A stretch of DNA of 64,000 bases from Acidimicrobiales bacterium (GCA_030448025.1 JAUJNQ010000001.1:199258-263257); one strand, 5' to 3'; shown: positions 1-10,262, counted from the first letter of the stretch. The notes: generated by a model from the letters alone, not told the origin. Made by a program: numbers and translations.

Positions 1-241
1 GACCGTCTCCCGCCCAGGACCGTCAGGTGGCCGTCTACCGTCGAGCCCTTGGTCACCGTGGGGCGCAGCATCCGGATGTGAGGTTCACCGGGCGTCCCAG
101 ATGTGATTCGTGATCAACGGAACCTCAACGGACAACCTCAACGCCGCGGGTGGATGAGCTGTGCGCCCATCGACTGGGCAAGCCAGTGACGTGAGGGGGT
201 GGGATTGCCACATATGACGACCATCAAGGTAACTTTGGGCA

Positions 242-463
242 GTGGATCCGGTGATCCTTGCGAGCAGCCGCAAGCACGGGGTGACCGACAAAGAAATGCT
301 TCACGCCTACCGAAACCCGATTCGAGTATTCGACCTCGACGACCTGACCCTGCTCATCGGCCCGGACGAGTCAGCGACGCTCCTTGAGGTCGGTGTCGCT
401 AGCTCCGAGGGCATCGACTTCATCGTCCACGCCATGCCGGCCCGAGCCAAGTTCTTGGAGTAG
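242..463 (+). CDS. small toxin-like protein of a two-gene TA-like pair (BrnT/DUF497-like layout, assigned by eye)
   Basis: 73-aa ORF with a GTG start. SRKHGVTDKEML.AYRNPIRVF ... FIVHAMPARAKF resembles the KHGV..E...VF / ISAR.A layout of BrnT-type toxins. The stop lies 4 nt before the next ORF. Confidence 0.4.
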   Translation: MDPVILASSRKHGVTDKEMLHAYRNPIRVFDLDDLTLLIGPDESATLLEVGVASSEGIDFIVHAMPARAKFLE

Positions 464-467
464 CCCG

Positions 468-740
468 ATGCCTCGATCCATTCAGGAGATCCTCGATCAC
501 GGCGACGAACTCGCTCGCCGCTTCGAGGACTACGAACCAACCTCAGACGACGAGCGACCGGTCGAGGAGTATCTGCTCGAGCGCGCGACGATCGCCCGAG
601 CGCGAGGGGAGCGTCAGGTCGTCGACGCCGTCGTTGCGGCTCGCAGCAAGGGCGTGTCGTGGCAGCGGATCGGCGACATCCTCGGCACCTCAGCCCAGGC
701 GGCACAGCAGCGGTACGGCATCGTTGTCGAATCCACTTGA
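468..740 (+). CDS. antitoxin-like small DNA-binding protein
   Basis: ATG at 468 inside ORF 384..740 (MPRSIQEILDHGDE...). Acidic N-terminus and a C-terminal HTH-like SWQRIGDILGTSAQAAQQRYG. Sits immediately after the toxin-like ORF. Confidence 0.4.
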   Translation: MPRSIQEILDHGDELARRFEDYEPTSDDERPVEEYLLERATIARARGERQVVDAVVAARSKGVSWQRIGDILGTSAQAAQQRYGIVVEST

Positions 741-1569
741 GAAGCCTGGACCGCGCCTCGAAGCCTGAGCCGTGACGGCGGGACATGGGGCGGCCACTCG
801 AGAGTCGTCTCTCCGGCTACAGCCGTTCTGGAGTCCCGTTCGGTGAGGCCCGTCTTGCTACGAGCGCATAGGGCCGACTCGGGCGCATCTCAGTCGTCCT
901 CTGCGATCGGGAGACGGCGCCGTTCTGTCGCGGCCGAGCTGTCGGGCCGCCGGTGGCCCTGGGTCGTCAGGATCTCGTCGTTACCGGGCGCGAAGGAAGT
1001 GCCGTTATCTCGCCCCCTTCACCGGCACATGAGCGCCGGATGCGGCCACTATCTGGGACCACCGCGCCGATGCGTGACCTGCTTCAAGTCGGTTATTCGG
1101 ACCTGGTTGTCACCCATGCGCTGGCAATGGAGCTCGACGTGCCGAAGGGTGCGGACAGGTGAGGAGGTTCACCCACAGCAGGGCCGGGCGCCTCCAGTGG
1201 GCGGGCGGCCAATGCTCGGTGCCGCGCGGTCAGCCTCTCAGGTGCGGCTGTGCCCCGTTGGTCCGGTGGAGGGGTAGAGGCGGTCGGTCTCGCTGGCTGC
1301 CGGGGCGGCGGTGGCCGCCCGTGTGTTGGTGGGGGGTCGGTCCCACCGCATCTTGTCGATGACGAGCTTCGGCAGGTTGATCCTCACCTGGCCGGGGCCG
1401 ACGATGGTGAGGGCGTCGAGGGGGACATGGAAGGTGCGGCGCAGGAGCCGGCCCTTGCGGACCGGAGATGGCCCTGGCTACCGTCGGTGCTCGGTACCAC
1501 CTTCTGAACGGAGCCGATCTTGAGGCCGTCGGAGCTGCGGACGGTGTCGCGCTTGCGGGGCAATTCGCT

Positions 1570-1900
1570 GGGTTGGTCGAGGGCGTCGAAGAAGTCCTCG
1601 ACGTCGACGACCGCGTTCGCCACGAGCGGGAAGTTGACTCGGATGGCGGTTTCGTAGGCCGCGAGGTTGTCGGCGCCGATGGCGTCGCGCAGGTAGGTGA
1701 CGTGGTAGCCGAGCTCCAAGGCGTGGCGGCCGGTGGACTCGCAGCACAGGTTGGCGGTCATGCCAGCGATCACCAGATGGGTGGTGCCGAGCCGGTCGAG
1801 GTGCTCGGGGAGGTCGGTCTCGAACACGTCGAGGCTCTTGTGGGGCTGGACGACGATGGCGCCATCCTCCGGCCGCAGGTCGGGATGGAAGTCGGCGCCC
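1570..1900 (-). pseudogene. isochorismatase/cysteine-hydrolase family fragment (C-terminal half only)
   Basis: ORF 1384..2085 contains IVVQPHKSLDVFETDLPEHLDRLGTTHLVIAGMTANLCCESTGRHALELGYHVTYLRDA (typical ..G..T..CV.sTar.A...Gy.v). The N-terminal half of the fold is missing and is replaced by out-of-frame PAP2 sequence. Confidence 0.6.
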
Positions 1901-1907
1901 CACGTAC

Positions 1908-2150
1908 CGGCAGCTCTTGAGCGACGCCGAGGGCGAAGGCCAGATCGCTCGCCGCGTGTCCGGAGGGGAACGAGGACGTGAAAGGACCTAGTTGGAGAAG
2001 CGCTGCTCCCGAGGGTGCTTCCTGCCGACGACCGCCTTGATGGGCAGGTGGAGAAGGGCGGCGGAGAGGTAGCAGAAGCTGCCACGCAGCGCCGCTCGCC
2101 GGCCAGTGCGGCCGGTGGCGGAGATCAACACCGCCAATCCTGCCCATGCT
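1908..2150 (-). pseudogene. PAP2 phosphatase family fragment, frameshifted and truncated
   Basis: TM segment plus KAVVGRKHP (motif-1-like KxxxxxxRP) ends frame 1988..2713. SFPSGHAASDLAFALG (PSGH motif 2) is in a different frame (1770..2189). Motif 3 is absent. Confidence 0.5.
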
Positions 2151-2613
2151 GGAGGCCGCTGAATGATGTCGCCGGCTCTGCTGAACCACGTCGATCCCTT
2201 GCGCGACCCCTTCCCGACCAACCTTGAGACAAAGGCGTCCTCGCCTGAGCGCGTTCGCAACATTCGAGCTCTCCTGTCGATCGGGCGTACCAGACCCTCG
2301 CTAGACCCTCCTAGGGTCATGGTGGCGCTGCTGAGGAGAGCCTCGACGCGGTGAATCACCACGGCGGCCTGCCTGGTTCGGAGCGGCCGCGTTTGGGCCG
2401 TCAGCCGACTCGCATCAGGCGCTGAGGCGCGCCGGCGGGTTCCTTCCTCGTTCCCCGGGGACTCGAGAGGCTGGGTTGGACCCCTGTACGAGGCGGCCAA
2501 GAACCGGTCGCATCTCCGCAGCCTCGACCACGACTTACGGGGGGCGAAAGGCTGGCGAAGCGGACGGCTTAGGAGACGCGGGCCCTCGCCCAGGTAACGA
2601 GAAAGATGGGCGC

Positions 2614-3540
2614 ATGCAACGAGCGATCTCCATCTCCGTCCCCGCCAGCGCCACCGACGAGCTCCTCGCCGAACTTGAGGGCCATGACCACGTGATCGCT
2701 CTGTCAGTGGCACGGGAGGCGTCGGTGAAACCTCCTGGCGACGTGGTCACCGTCCATGCCCTCGACCGTGGGTCAGACGCCGTGCTGGCCGCGGCTGAGC
2801 GGGCCCAGCGACACGGCCCAGTGTCCGTGGCCACCGAGGAGCTGCTTTCGATCGCCGACCCCGAGCACCACGACGAGCTCGTCCGCGACGTGGACGAGGG
2901 TCTGTGGGAGGAAGCGGTCACGGGCCTTGGCCACCGCGGACGAGTGACGTTCAACTTCGTTGCCCTGATCGTTGCCGGGGGACTGATCGCCCTCACCGGA
3001 CTGGTCACCGAGACCAACCAGGCCGCCGTGGTATTCGTGGCCGCCGCCATCATTGCCCCAGGCTTCGAGCCGATAGCCAAGATCCCACTCGCCCTGGTGC
3101 TGCGCCGTTGGGCCCTCCTGCAGCGGGGTCTTCGCTCCGCCACCATCGGCTACCTGGCGCTCATCGCCGCCACCGCCATCGCCTATATGGGCCTCCGGGC
3201 CGCAGGAGTGATCACAGAAGGCCAACTCGTCGCCAATAGCGAGGTGAGGCGGCTCGTCGATCCCAGCGCCATCGATGTCCTGGTCTCCGCCGCCGGCGCC
3301 CTCACCGGGATGATCATGGAGGTGGCCAACCGGCGGAACATGATCGCCGGGCCCCTGATCGCTCTGGCCCTCATCCCCGCTACTGCCCTGATCGGCGCTG
3401 GGGTCGGCGCTGGCGAACTGAACCTCGCCCTCGAAGCGCTCATGCGACTCGCGCTCGACTTCGCCCTCATCGTCTGTCTCGGCGTCGCAGTCGTGGCCTA
3501 CAAGCAGGCCCGGGTGCACCGCAGGGTCCCGATGGAGTAA
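2614..3540 (+). CDS. DUF389-like integral membrane protein
   Basis: ATG at 2614 (MQRAISISVPAS...) inside ORF 2476..3540. Soluble N-domain followed by about 6 hydrophobic segments (IIAPGFEPIAKIPLALV, MIAGPLIALALIPA), as in the DUF389 family. Confidence 0.55.
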   Translation: MQRAISISVPASATDELLAELEGHDHVIALSVAREASVKPPGDVVTVHALDRGSDAVLAAAERAQRHGPVSVATEELLSIADPEHHDELVRDVDEGLWEEAVTGLGHRGRVTFNFVALIVAGGLIALTGLVTETNQAAVVFVAAAIIAPGFEPIAKIPLALVLRRWALLQRGLRSATIGYLALIAATAIAYMGLRAAGVITEGQLVANSEVRRLVDPSAIDVLVSAAGALTGMIMEVANRRNMIAGPLIALALIPATALIGAGVGAGELNLALEALMRLALDFALIVCLGVAVVAYKQARVHRRVPME

Positions 3541-3560
3541 TCACCCCGTCACTTCATCCT

Positions 3561-4432
3561 TTGACAGCCCATCCCCGGTTCTGCGGAGTGTCGTCCGTCA
3601 GGCTGATGCGATCACCCTTCCGCGAGTGCATGGGACCAGGGCCGTCACCGGCCGTCGCCCTGGAAAGCCACTTTGGCGCCGCTACTCAGATGACCCGCAC
3701 GTCGCCATCGGCCTGGCCTCGTTTGTCGACCTCGCCATTCCAGTGCTCGAGGACCCCCTCACCGAATTTGGCGCCGACGCTGCAGTCAGCGCCCACCCTC
3801 ACACTGGTCCCCGAGTCCCTGGAAGGCACGCCCACACCGCCGGCGGGCGCCAGGCGCTACCGCGACGACACCGCCAACGAAGGCGCCGGGCCGCTGCCCG
3901 CTTGGTGGGGCGACTCGTCAGACCCACTGGTGTATGTCACCTTCGGTTCGGTGGCAGGCGGGCTCGGGCTCTTCCCCGGCTTCTACCGGGACGTGATCGC
4001 CGCCTTGGCCGACGTCCCCATCCGCGTTCTCCTCACCATTGGTGACGCCGGCGACCCCAATGACCTCGGGATTCTTCCGGACAACGTCCATGCGGAGCGT
4101 GGTGGCCCCAGAAGGCGGTGATGTCCCACGCTGCGGCCATGGTCGGGCACGGCGGCTTCGGGACGACGTTGCTCGGCCTGGCCTCTGGGCTCCCAATGGT
4201 GGTCATGCCGCTCTTCGCCGACCAGCCCCATAACGCCCGGCGGGTGGAGGCGGTCGGCGCCGGAATCGTGCTCGAGGGTGGAGCGGCGGCCGTCGTTTCC
4301 CTCCCGGGCGCTGTGCAACGCCTCCTCGCCGACCCTTGCTACCGCACGGCCGCGAGGCACATCGCAGACGAGATCTCGGGGCTCCGTCCAGTCTCGGCGT
4401 CCGTCGCATTCCTTGAGCAGGTGGCCGGGTAG
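3561..4432 (+). pseudogene. GT1-family (MGT/UDP-glycosyltransferase-like) glycosyltransferase, frameshifted
   Basis: PLVYVTFGSVAG...IRVLLTIGD...LPDNVHAE in frame 3561..4121, then HAAAMVGHGGFGTTLLGLASGLPMVVMPLFADQPHNARRVE in frame 4118..4432. N-domain pieces (VAIGLASFVDLAIPVLED) lie in a third frame. Confidence 0.65.
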
Positions 4433-4477
4433 CGGAGCATGTCTTCTGGTTGGTCTGGGTCGGGTTCCAGGACTGAT

Positions 4478-5887
4478 CTAGGGCAGCAGCCGGGCGTTCT
4501 GGCCGGCGTCGAGGAAGGGTTGAGCGGCGACGCCGAGGGTGATGACGAGAACGGTAGCTAGCGACGTCGCCGCTGCCGCCGAGCGCCCGAGGACGGGAAC
4601 CGGCCTGGGGCCGTGGTCGAGGGTGAGGGGGGTGATGATGCGCAGGTAGTAGAAGAGCGAGACGACGGTGTTGATGGCGGCGACGGCGGCCAGCCAGGCG
4701 TAGCCACCGTCAATGGTGGCGGTGAAGAGCAGGAGCTTTCCAGTGAACCCAGCCAGGGGCGGGATGCCGACGAAGGAGAGCAGTGCCACGATGAGGGCGG
4801 CCGCGATCCACGGCCGCCAGCGGGCGAGGCCGCGGTAGTCCTCGAGGCTGGTGCGGCCCCGGAGCTGGACGACCACGCCGAAGGCGGCAAGCTGGCCGGC
4901 GGCGTAGGCCGTGATGAAGAACAGGAGCGCGGGAAGGGCCTGTGGGCTGCGCCCGAGGACCGGGATGGCCATCAGGGCGTATCCGACCTGGGAGACCGAT
5001 GACCAGCCGAGGAGGCGGCGGACGTCGTCCTGCCACAGGGCGGTGAGGTTGCCGACGGTCATGGTGAGGGCGGCGACGCCCGCGGCTAGCGGGCGCCACC
5101 CGACGCTGGTGTCGGGGAGCAGGCTCAGGATGCGGGCGAGGGCGACGATGGCGCCGATCTTGGGGGCGACGGTGAGGAAGGCGGCTGCGGGGGCGGGGGC
5201 GCCTTGGGCGACGTCGGGCACCCAGGTGTGGGCGGGGACGGCGCCGAGCTTGAAGGCGAGGCCGATGGTGACGAGGACGGCGGCGGCGGTGAGGGTGACG
5301 GTGGACGCGCCGGGGAGCGAGGTGGCGGTCCGGTCGTAGAGGGTGGTGCCGGCGGCGCCGAACAGCAGGGCGACCCCCGCGAGGAGGAAGGTGTTGGTGA
5401 GGGCGCCGACGAGGAAGTACTTGGCGCCGGCTTCCACTGAGAGGGCGGAGCGGCGGTGGTAGGCGGCGAGGACGTAGCCGGTGGTCGAGGACAGCAGGAC
5501 GCCGAGGAGCAGCTCGAGGGAGTCGGCGGCGCTGGCCATGGTCATGGCGCCGGCGGCGGACAGGAGGAGCAGGGCGTACCACTCGCCGTGGCGGGCGTCG
5601 GTGGCGAACCACTGCGGGGAGAGGGCGACGGTGATGGCGGTGGTGGCCAGGATGACGAGCTCGGCCCACCCGGCGGCGCCGTCGAGGGCCCAGGCGCCGT
5701 GCCAGGTGAGCTCCTGGGGCCTGGTGGCCAGCCGGATGGCGATCAGGGCGACGGCGATGCCGCAGGTGGCGAGGGCGATGGGTGCACCGACCCACTGGCG
5801 GTCGCGGCGCACGAAGAGAACGACGACGAGGACGACGGCGGCGCCGGCGACGACGGTGAGCTCGCCGGCGATGCCGCCGATGTCCAC
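4478..5887 (-). CDS. nuoN: complex-I-like antiporter subunit N (NuoN/ND2 type)
   Basis: 469 aa, about 14 TM, Mrp/ND2-type antiporter-like sequence. GTG start 1 nt after the nuoM stop. Last gene of the cluster. Confidence 0.85.
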   Translation of the reverse strand: MDIGGIAGELTVVAGAAVVLVVVLFVRRDRQWVGAPIALATCGIAVALIAIRLATRPQELTWHGAWALDGAAGWAELVILATTAITVALSPQWFATDARHGEWYALLLLSAAGAMTMASAADSLELLLGVLLSSTTGYVLAAYHRRSALSVEAGAKYFLVGALTNTFLLAGVALLFGAAGTTLYDRTATSLPGASTVTLTAAAVLVTIGLAFKLGAVPAHTWVPDVAQGAPAPAAAFLTVAPKIGAIVALARILSLLPDTSVGWRPLAAGVAALTMTVGNLTALWQDDVRRLLGWSSVSQVGYALMAIPVLGRSPQALPALLFFITAYAAGQLAAFGVVVQLRGRTSLEDYRGLARWRPWIAAALIVALLSFVGIPPLAGFTGKLLLFTATIDGGYAWLAAVAAINTVVSLFYYLRIITPLTLDHGPRPVPVLGRSAAAATSLATVLVITLGVAAQPFLDAGQNARLLP

Positions 5888-5888
5888 C

Positions 5889-7376
5889 TCAGCCGGTCCC
5901 GACGAGCAGCCGGCTGGTGCCGTCGATGAGGTCGAGCAGCCAGCGGGGGTACACGCCGATGAGCACGATCAGGGCGATCAGCACGCCGAGGATGGCGGTC
6001 TCGGACCTTGCCAGGTCGGGGAACTGGTGGTGTTCGGGTGGGAGCTCACCGAAGAACAGCTTCTGGAGCATCTGGAGGAACAGGGCTGCGGTGATGAGGA
6101 GCCCGAGGAGGGCGACGGCCGCGGCCGCCGGGTAGACGGCGAAGGTGCCGATGAAGATCTGGACCTCGGCGACGAACCCGGCGAGGCCGGGGAGGCCGAG
6201 GCTGGCGAAGGCGGCGATGGTGGTGGCGAAGGTCAAGGTGCGGGCGGGCTGGGCGAGGCCGCCGTAGTGGTCCAGGTCGTAGTCCTGGGTGCGTTGCCAG
6301 AAGGATCCGGCGATGAGGAACAGGGCGCCGGTGATGAGCCCGTGGGCGACCATCTCGACGGTGGCGCCGGTGAGGGCGAGGCGGCGGGCGTCGGCGTGGT
6401 CGGCGGCCATGGCGCCGGCCACGGCGATGCCGAGGACGGCGTAGCCCATGTGGTTGATCGACGTGTAGGCGATCCGGGCCTTGAGGTTGGTCTGGCCGAG
6501 GGCGACGAGGGCGCCGTAGACGATGCTGATGGTGGCGACGATGGCCAGGAGGAACGCCCAGTCGGCGAAGGTGTCCGAGAGCATGGCGAGCGGGATGCGG
6601 ATGAGGCCGAAGGTGCCCATCTTCAACAGGACGCCGGCCAGGATGGCTGAGACGGGTCCTGGGGCGTCGACGTGGGCTGGCGGCAGCCAGGTGTGCACGG
6701 GGACGAGCGGCGTCTTCACGGCCAGCCCGACGATCAGGGCGAGGAGGACCATCCCGGCCCGCAACCCGGCGCCGGCGAGCGGCTGGGTGCGGATGATGGT
6801 GGCCATGTCGAAGGTGAGCGGGTCGGTCTCGAGATAGAGGCCGAGGATGCCGAGCAGCATGACGAGTGAGCCGGCCAGGGTGTACAGGAAGAACTTGAGG
6901 GCGGTGACCCGGGGCTGGCCGTGGCCCCACCGGGCGATGAGGAAGTACATGCCGACGAGGCTGAGGTCGAAGAAGACGTAGAACAGGAGGAGGTCGGTGG
7001 TGAGGAACAGCCCGAGCGACACCGACTCGAGGAACAGCATCCAGGCGTAGTAGTGCCGGGGCTGGCCCTTGGTGTCGACGGGGTAGGCGACGGCCGCGCA
7101 GAACAGCAGGGCGGTGAGGGAGGCGAGGGCGAGGGCGATGCCGTCGACACCGACGCGCCAGCCGACGCCGAGGGAGGGGATCCACGGTGCCCGCTCGTTC
7201 AGCTGGAACAGCGCCGTCGAGCTGGTGTCGTAGCGGACCCAGGCGACGACCATCAGCACCAGGGGGACGGCGGTGGCTGCGACGGCCACCCACCGGGCGG
7301 TGCGGCCGTCCAACCGACGGGCCGCCACCAGCAGGACGGCTCCCGCGAACGGCACGACGATGGAGGCGGTAAGCAC
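5889..7376 (-). CDS. nuoM: complex-I-like antiporter subunit M (NuoM/ND4 type)
   Basis: 495 aa with motifs such as LFLESVSLGLFLTTDLLLFYVFFDLSLVGMYFLI, VHTWLPPAHVDAPGPVSAILAGVLLKMG. GTG start 2 nt after the nuoL stop. Confidence 0.88.
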   Translation of the reverse strand: MLTASIVVPFAGAVLLVAARRLDGRTARWVAVAATAVPLVLMVVAWVRYDTSSTALFQLNERAPWIPSLGVGWRVGVDGIALALASLTALLFCAAVAYPVDTKGQPRHYYAWMLFLESVSLGLFLTTDLLLFYVFFDLSLVGMYFLIARWGHGQPRVTALKFFLYTLAGSLVMLLGILGLYLETDPLTFDMATIIRTQPLAGAGLRAGMVLLALIVGLAVKTPLVPVHTWLPPAHVDAPGPVSAILAGVLLKMGTFGLIRIPLAMLSDTFADWAFLLAIVATISIVYGALVALGQTNLKARIAYTSINHMGYAVLGIAVAGAMAADHADARRLALTGATVEMVAHGLITGALFLIAGSFWQRTQDYDLDHYGGLAQPARTLTFATTIAAFASLGLPGLAGFVAEVQIFIGTFAVYPAAAAVALLGLLITAALFLQMLQKLFFGELPPEHHQFPDLARSETAILGVLIALIVLIGVYPRWLLDLIDGTSRLLVGTG

Positions 7377-7378
7377 GC

Positions 7379-9301
7379 CTACCTCGCCACCGCGGCCAGC
7401 ACGACGAGGACGACGGCGCCGCCGGCGGCGACGACGTAGTAGTGGTGGGCCAGGCCCGTGTGGAGCCGGCGGACGTCCCGGCCACCTTGGGCGACGACCC
7501 CGGTGATCTGGCGGACGGCGCCGTCGACGCCGCGCTCGGTAACGGTCGCGCCCAGCCGGGCGGCCAGGCGGGTGAGGGCGGCGGCGGCCCGCACGCCAGC
7601 ATCGACGACCCGATGGTCGGCCCGGGCCGCGGCGACCGCCAGCCTCGGGGTTAGGGCGGTCGCGGCGCGAATCGGGGCGTCGAGGACCAGGGTGTCGAAC
7701 CGGCCCAGCCCGCGGGCGACGGCCAGCACCGGATCGACGATGACGGCCTTGGTACCGGCCGGCAGGGCGAACCAGTCGGCGACGGCAGCTCGGCGACGGT
7801 CGGGCCTCTCGCGGCCGAGGGCGCCGCTCCGAAAGGCGGTGACGGCCCCGTAGGCGGCGGCCGCCAGGACCAGCAGGGCGGCGATGGCCTCCACGGGAGG
7901 CCCTTCGGGCAGCTCCCCGCCGGCCAGGCGGGCGATGGCGTCATGAGCCGCCGGCCACCACAGAACCCCGAGGCCGAGCGACACCACGACCGACGCCCAG
8001 ACGGCGATCTGCTCGACGCGGGCGGGGCGGCGGGCCAGCTCCGGAGCGGTGTCAGGCGGCGGCGGCCCAAAGGCGAGCAGGTGGAAGCGGGCGGCGTACC
8101 AGGCGCTCAGCCCGCCGGCCAGCACGACGCCGGCGGCAAGCGAGGGCGCCGCCTTCCCGGCGGCGGAGACGATGGCCTCTTTGGTCCACGCGGCCCCCAG
8201 CGGCGGCACCGCGGCCAAGGCCAGCGCCAGCACCGCCGACGCGGTGGCGGTCGCCCTGAGCTCCCGCCCGAGACGCATGCGCCCGAGCTCAGAGCTCGAG
8301 GCCGCTTCGATGGCGATCCCGGCGGCTAGGAACAGACCGACCTTGAACGCGGCGTGGGCGACGAGGTGAGCCAACGCCGCGGCGGGGTAGCCGGCACCGA
8401 CGGCCACGAACATCAGCCCGTACTGGGCCGAGGTCGATGCGGCCAGCAGCTTCTTGGCGTCCTGCTGCATGGTGGCGATGACGCCACCGGCGAGGGCGGT
8501 GGCCAGCCCGACGGCGATGACCACCGGCCCGAACCAGGCGGCCCGGTCGAGCACCGGTTGCAGCCGGATGAGCGCGAAGGCGCCGGCGGCCACCATGGTG
8601 GCGGCGTGCAGGAGCGCGGACACCGACGTCGGTCCGGCCATGGCCGAGAACAGCCACGGGCTGAACGGCAGCTGCGCCGACTTGGCCGCCGCGGCCAGCA
8701 CGATCCCCCCGACGAACAGGTGCAGCCAGCCGCCGTCGAGGCGGGCCAAGTCGGCGTAGGCGAGCGAACCGGTCCCGGCGGCGGCGGCGCCGACTACCGC
8801 GAACAGGCCGAGGTCACCGAAGCGGGTGACGAGGAAGGCGTGGGCTGCGGCCGCTGGCTTGCCGGCCTCCTCCCACTCCGAGGCGATGAGCGCCCAGGAG
8901 CAGGCGCCGACCAGCTCCCAGCCGATCAGGAGGGTCAGCACGTCATCGGCCAGCACCAGCAGCTCCATTGCTCCGGCGAACCCGACGAGGATGGCCACGA
9001 GCCGGGACAGGCCGCGGCGCCGCTCGTGGAACGAGGCGTAGGCGACGACCAGCAGGGCGGCGACGGGCACCACGATGCCGACCACCGCCGCGGTATCGTC
9101 GACCGCGAGGCGCAGCGTCAGCCCGGCCCCCCACCGGTAGGAACCCTGCGGGCGGGCGGCGGCCGCCCACCCGGCCAGGGCGATGACCCCGGCCAGCAGC
9201 GCAGCCGCGGGCGCGGCGATCCGGGCGCGGGAGCGGTTGGCCCCGGCGAGCCACAACACCGGCGCGGCGGCGACGGGCACCAGCGGGACGAGCCAGATCA
9301 T
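7379..9301 (-). CDS. nuoL: complex-I-like subunit L (NuoL/ND5 type) with C-terminal lateral helix
   Basis: About 640 aa. Contains GWELVGACSWALI and SAQLPFSPWLFSAMAGPTSVSALLHAATMVAAG. The C-terminus (VIVDPVLAVARGLGRFDTLVLDAPIRA...VRRLHTGLAHHYYVVAAGGAVVLVVL) matches the HL helix plus last TM. ATG at 9301 overlaps the nuoK stop; an alternative TTG start is at 9304. Confidence 0.88.
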   Translation of the reverse strand: MIWLVPLVPVAAAPVLWLAGANRSRARIAAPAAALLAGVIALAGWAAAARPQGSYRWGAGLTLRLAVDDTAAVVGIVVPVAALLVVAYASFHERRRGLSRLVAILVGFAGAMELLVLADDVLTLLIGWELVGACSWALIASEWEEAGKPAAAAHAFLVTRFGDLGLFAVVGAAAAGTGSLAYADLARLDGGWLHLFVGGIVLAAAAKSAQLPFSPWLFSAMAGPTSVSALLHAATMVAAGAFALIRLQPVLDRAAWFGPVVIAVGLATALAGGVIATMQQDAKKLLAASTSAQYGLMFVAVGAGYPAAALAHLVAHAAFKVGLFLAAGIAIEAASSSELGRMRLGRELRATATASAVLALALAAVPPLGAAWTKEAIVSAAGKAAPSLAAGVVLAGGLSAWYAARFHLLAFGPPPPDTAPELARRPARVEQIAVWASVVVSLGLGVLWWPAAHDAIARLAGGELPEGPPVEAIAALLVLAAAAYGAVTAFRSGALGRERPDRRRAAVADWFALPAGTKAVIVDPVLAVARGLGRFDTLVLDAPIRAATALTPRLAVAAARADHRVVDAGVRAAAALTRLAARLGATVTERGVDGAVRQITGVVAQGGRDVRRLHTGLAHHYYVVAAGGAVVLVVLAAVAR

Positions 9302-9606
9302 CAACGTCCCATCGAGTCGAGGCCTTCGGTCATGTCGACCTGGCGGGCCCGGTAGAGGGCGACGACGACAGCGAGGCCGATGGCCATCTCGATCGCCATG
9401 ACCGCCATGGCCAGGATGAGCAGCAGCTGCCCTTTGGGTTCACCACCGGCCGAGTAGGCCCACAGCCCACCGCCGGCCAGCATCACCCCGTTGATCATGA
9501 GCTCGATGCCCATCAGCAGCATCACGATCGACTGCTGGGCCAAAGCACCCCACAGCCCGAGGCCGAGCAGGGCGGCCGCCACGATCAGCACCGATACGAT
9601 GGTCAA
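9301..9606 (-). CDS. nuoK: complex-I-like subunit K (NuoK/ND4L type)
   Basis: 101 aa, 3 TM, MGIELMINGVML...AMAVMAIEMAIGLAVVVALYR. TTG start overlaps the nuoJ stop (TTGA). The listed 202-aa ORF is an upstream over-extension. Confidence 0.85.
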   Translation of the reverse strand: MTIVSVLIVAAALLGLGLWGALAQQSIVMLLMGIELMINGVMLAGGGLWAYSAGGEPKGQLLLILAMAVMAIEMAIGLAVVVALYRARQVDMTEGLDSMGR

Positions 9607-10262
9607 TGCATCCCGCCGTGGCCGTCCCCGCCGTGGCCGTCCCCGCCGTCGGTGCTCGTCTCGGGGACGACGCCGGTGGGGTACGTGCCGAGGACAGGGT
9701 CGAGGGGAGGCGGGAGGGATCCGTCGTCGCCGGCCGCCTCGCCGTAGCGGCTGCGGCGGCTCGACAGGACGACCGAGCCGATCATCGTCGCCACCAGGGC
9801 GACCGCCGCCGACTCGAAGATCAGCATCGAGCGGCCCATCAGCTCGGTGCCCAGCTCGACGATCACCGGCCGGCCCGGCTCCAGCGGCCGGTCGGGGAAG
9901 CGGCCCCACACGGCCACGACGATGCCGCCTCCGAACAGCACCCAGCCGGCAGCCGCAGCCAGACGCGGCTGGTGGACCATGACCATCGGGTTCAGCCCGG
10001 CCGGGTTCATCATGAAGGCGACCATGAAGATGGCCATCACGGTCATCTCCACCGTCATCATGAACAGCAGGGCGACACCCAGGTAGGCGCCTCCCAGCAG
10101 CAGGAGGATGGCGCCGACGTTGAGGAACGAGACGAGGAGCAGGAACGTGGCCCGCACCATCGAGTCGGTGCGGAACACCCGCCAGCCCGAGAGGACGGCG
10201 GCGGCCGCGAACACCCAGAACGAGACGTGCACGAAGACCGACGGTGAGCTGACGTCGATCAC
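9603..10262 (-). CDS. nuoJ: complex-I-like subunit J (NuoJ/ND6 type) with Asp/Gly/His-rich C-terminal tail
   Basis: GTG at 10262 (VIDVSSPSVFVHVSFWVFAAAAVLSGWRVF...) overlaps the nuoH stop (GTGA). About 5 TM. The tail ends ...TSTDGGDGHGGDGHGGMH. The listed 437-aa ORF over-extends into nuoH. Confidence 0.8.
   Translation of the reverse strand: MIDVSSPSVFVHVSFWVFAAAAVLSGWRVFRTDSMVRATFLLLVSFLNVGAILLLLGGAYLGVALLFMMTVEMTVMAIFMVAFMMNPAGLNPMVMVHQPRLAAAAGWVLFGGGIVVAVWGRFPDRPLEPGRPVIVELGTELMGRSMLIFESAAVALVATMIGSVVLSSRRSRYGEAAGDDGSLPPPLDPVLGTYPTGVVPETSTDGGDGHGGDGHGGMH

Noticed and set aside
843-1380. ORFs 843..1277, 953..1162 and 1159..1362 as genes
   Set aside because: The translations are Arg/Pro/Gly-rich without motifs, there is no RBS or coupling, and the region looks like decayed non-coding sequence.
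5481-7602. Long ORFs antisense or out of frame to nuoL/M/N (e.g. 5481..6650 +, 6046..7602 -, 4710..5795 -)
   Set aside because: Arg/Pro/Gly/Ala-rich translations typical of alternative frames in high-GC DNA. They fully overlap well-supported nuo genes.
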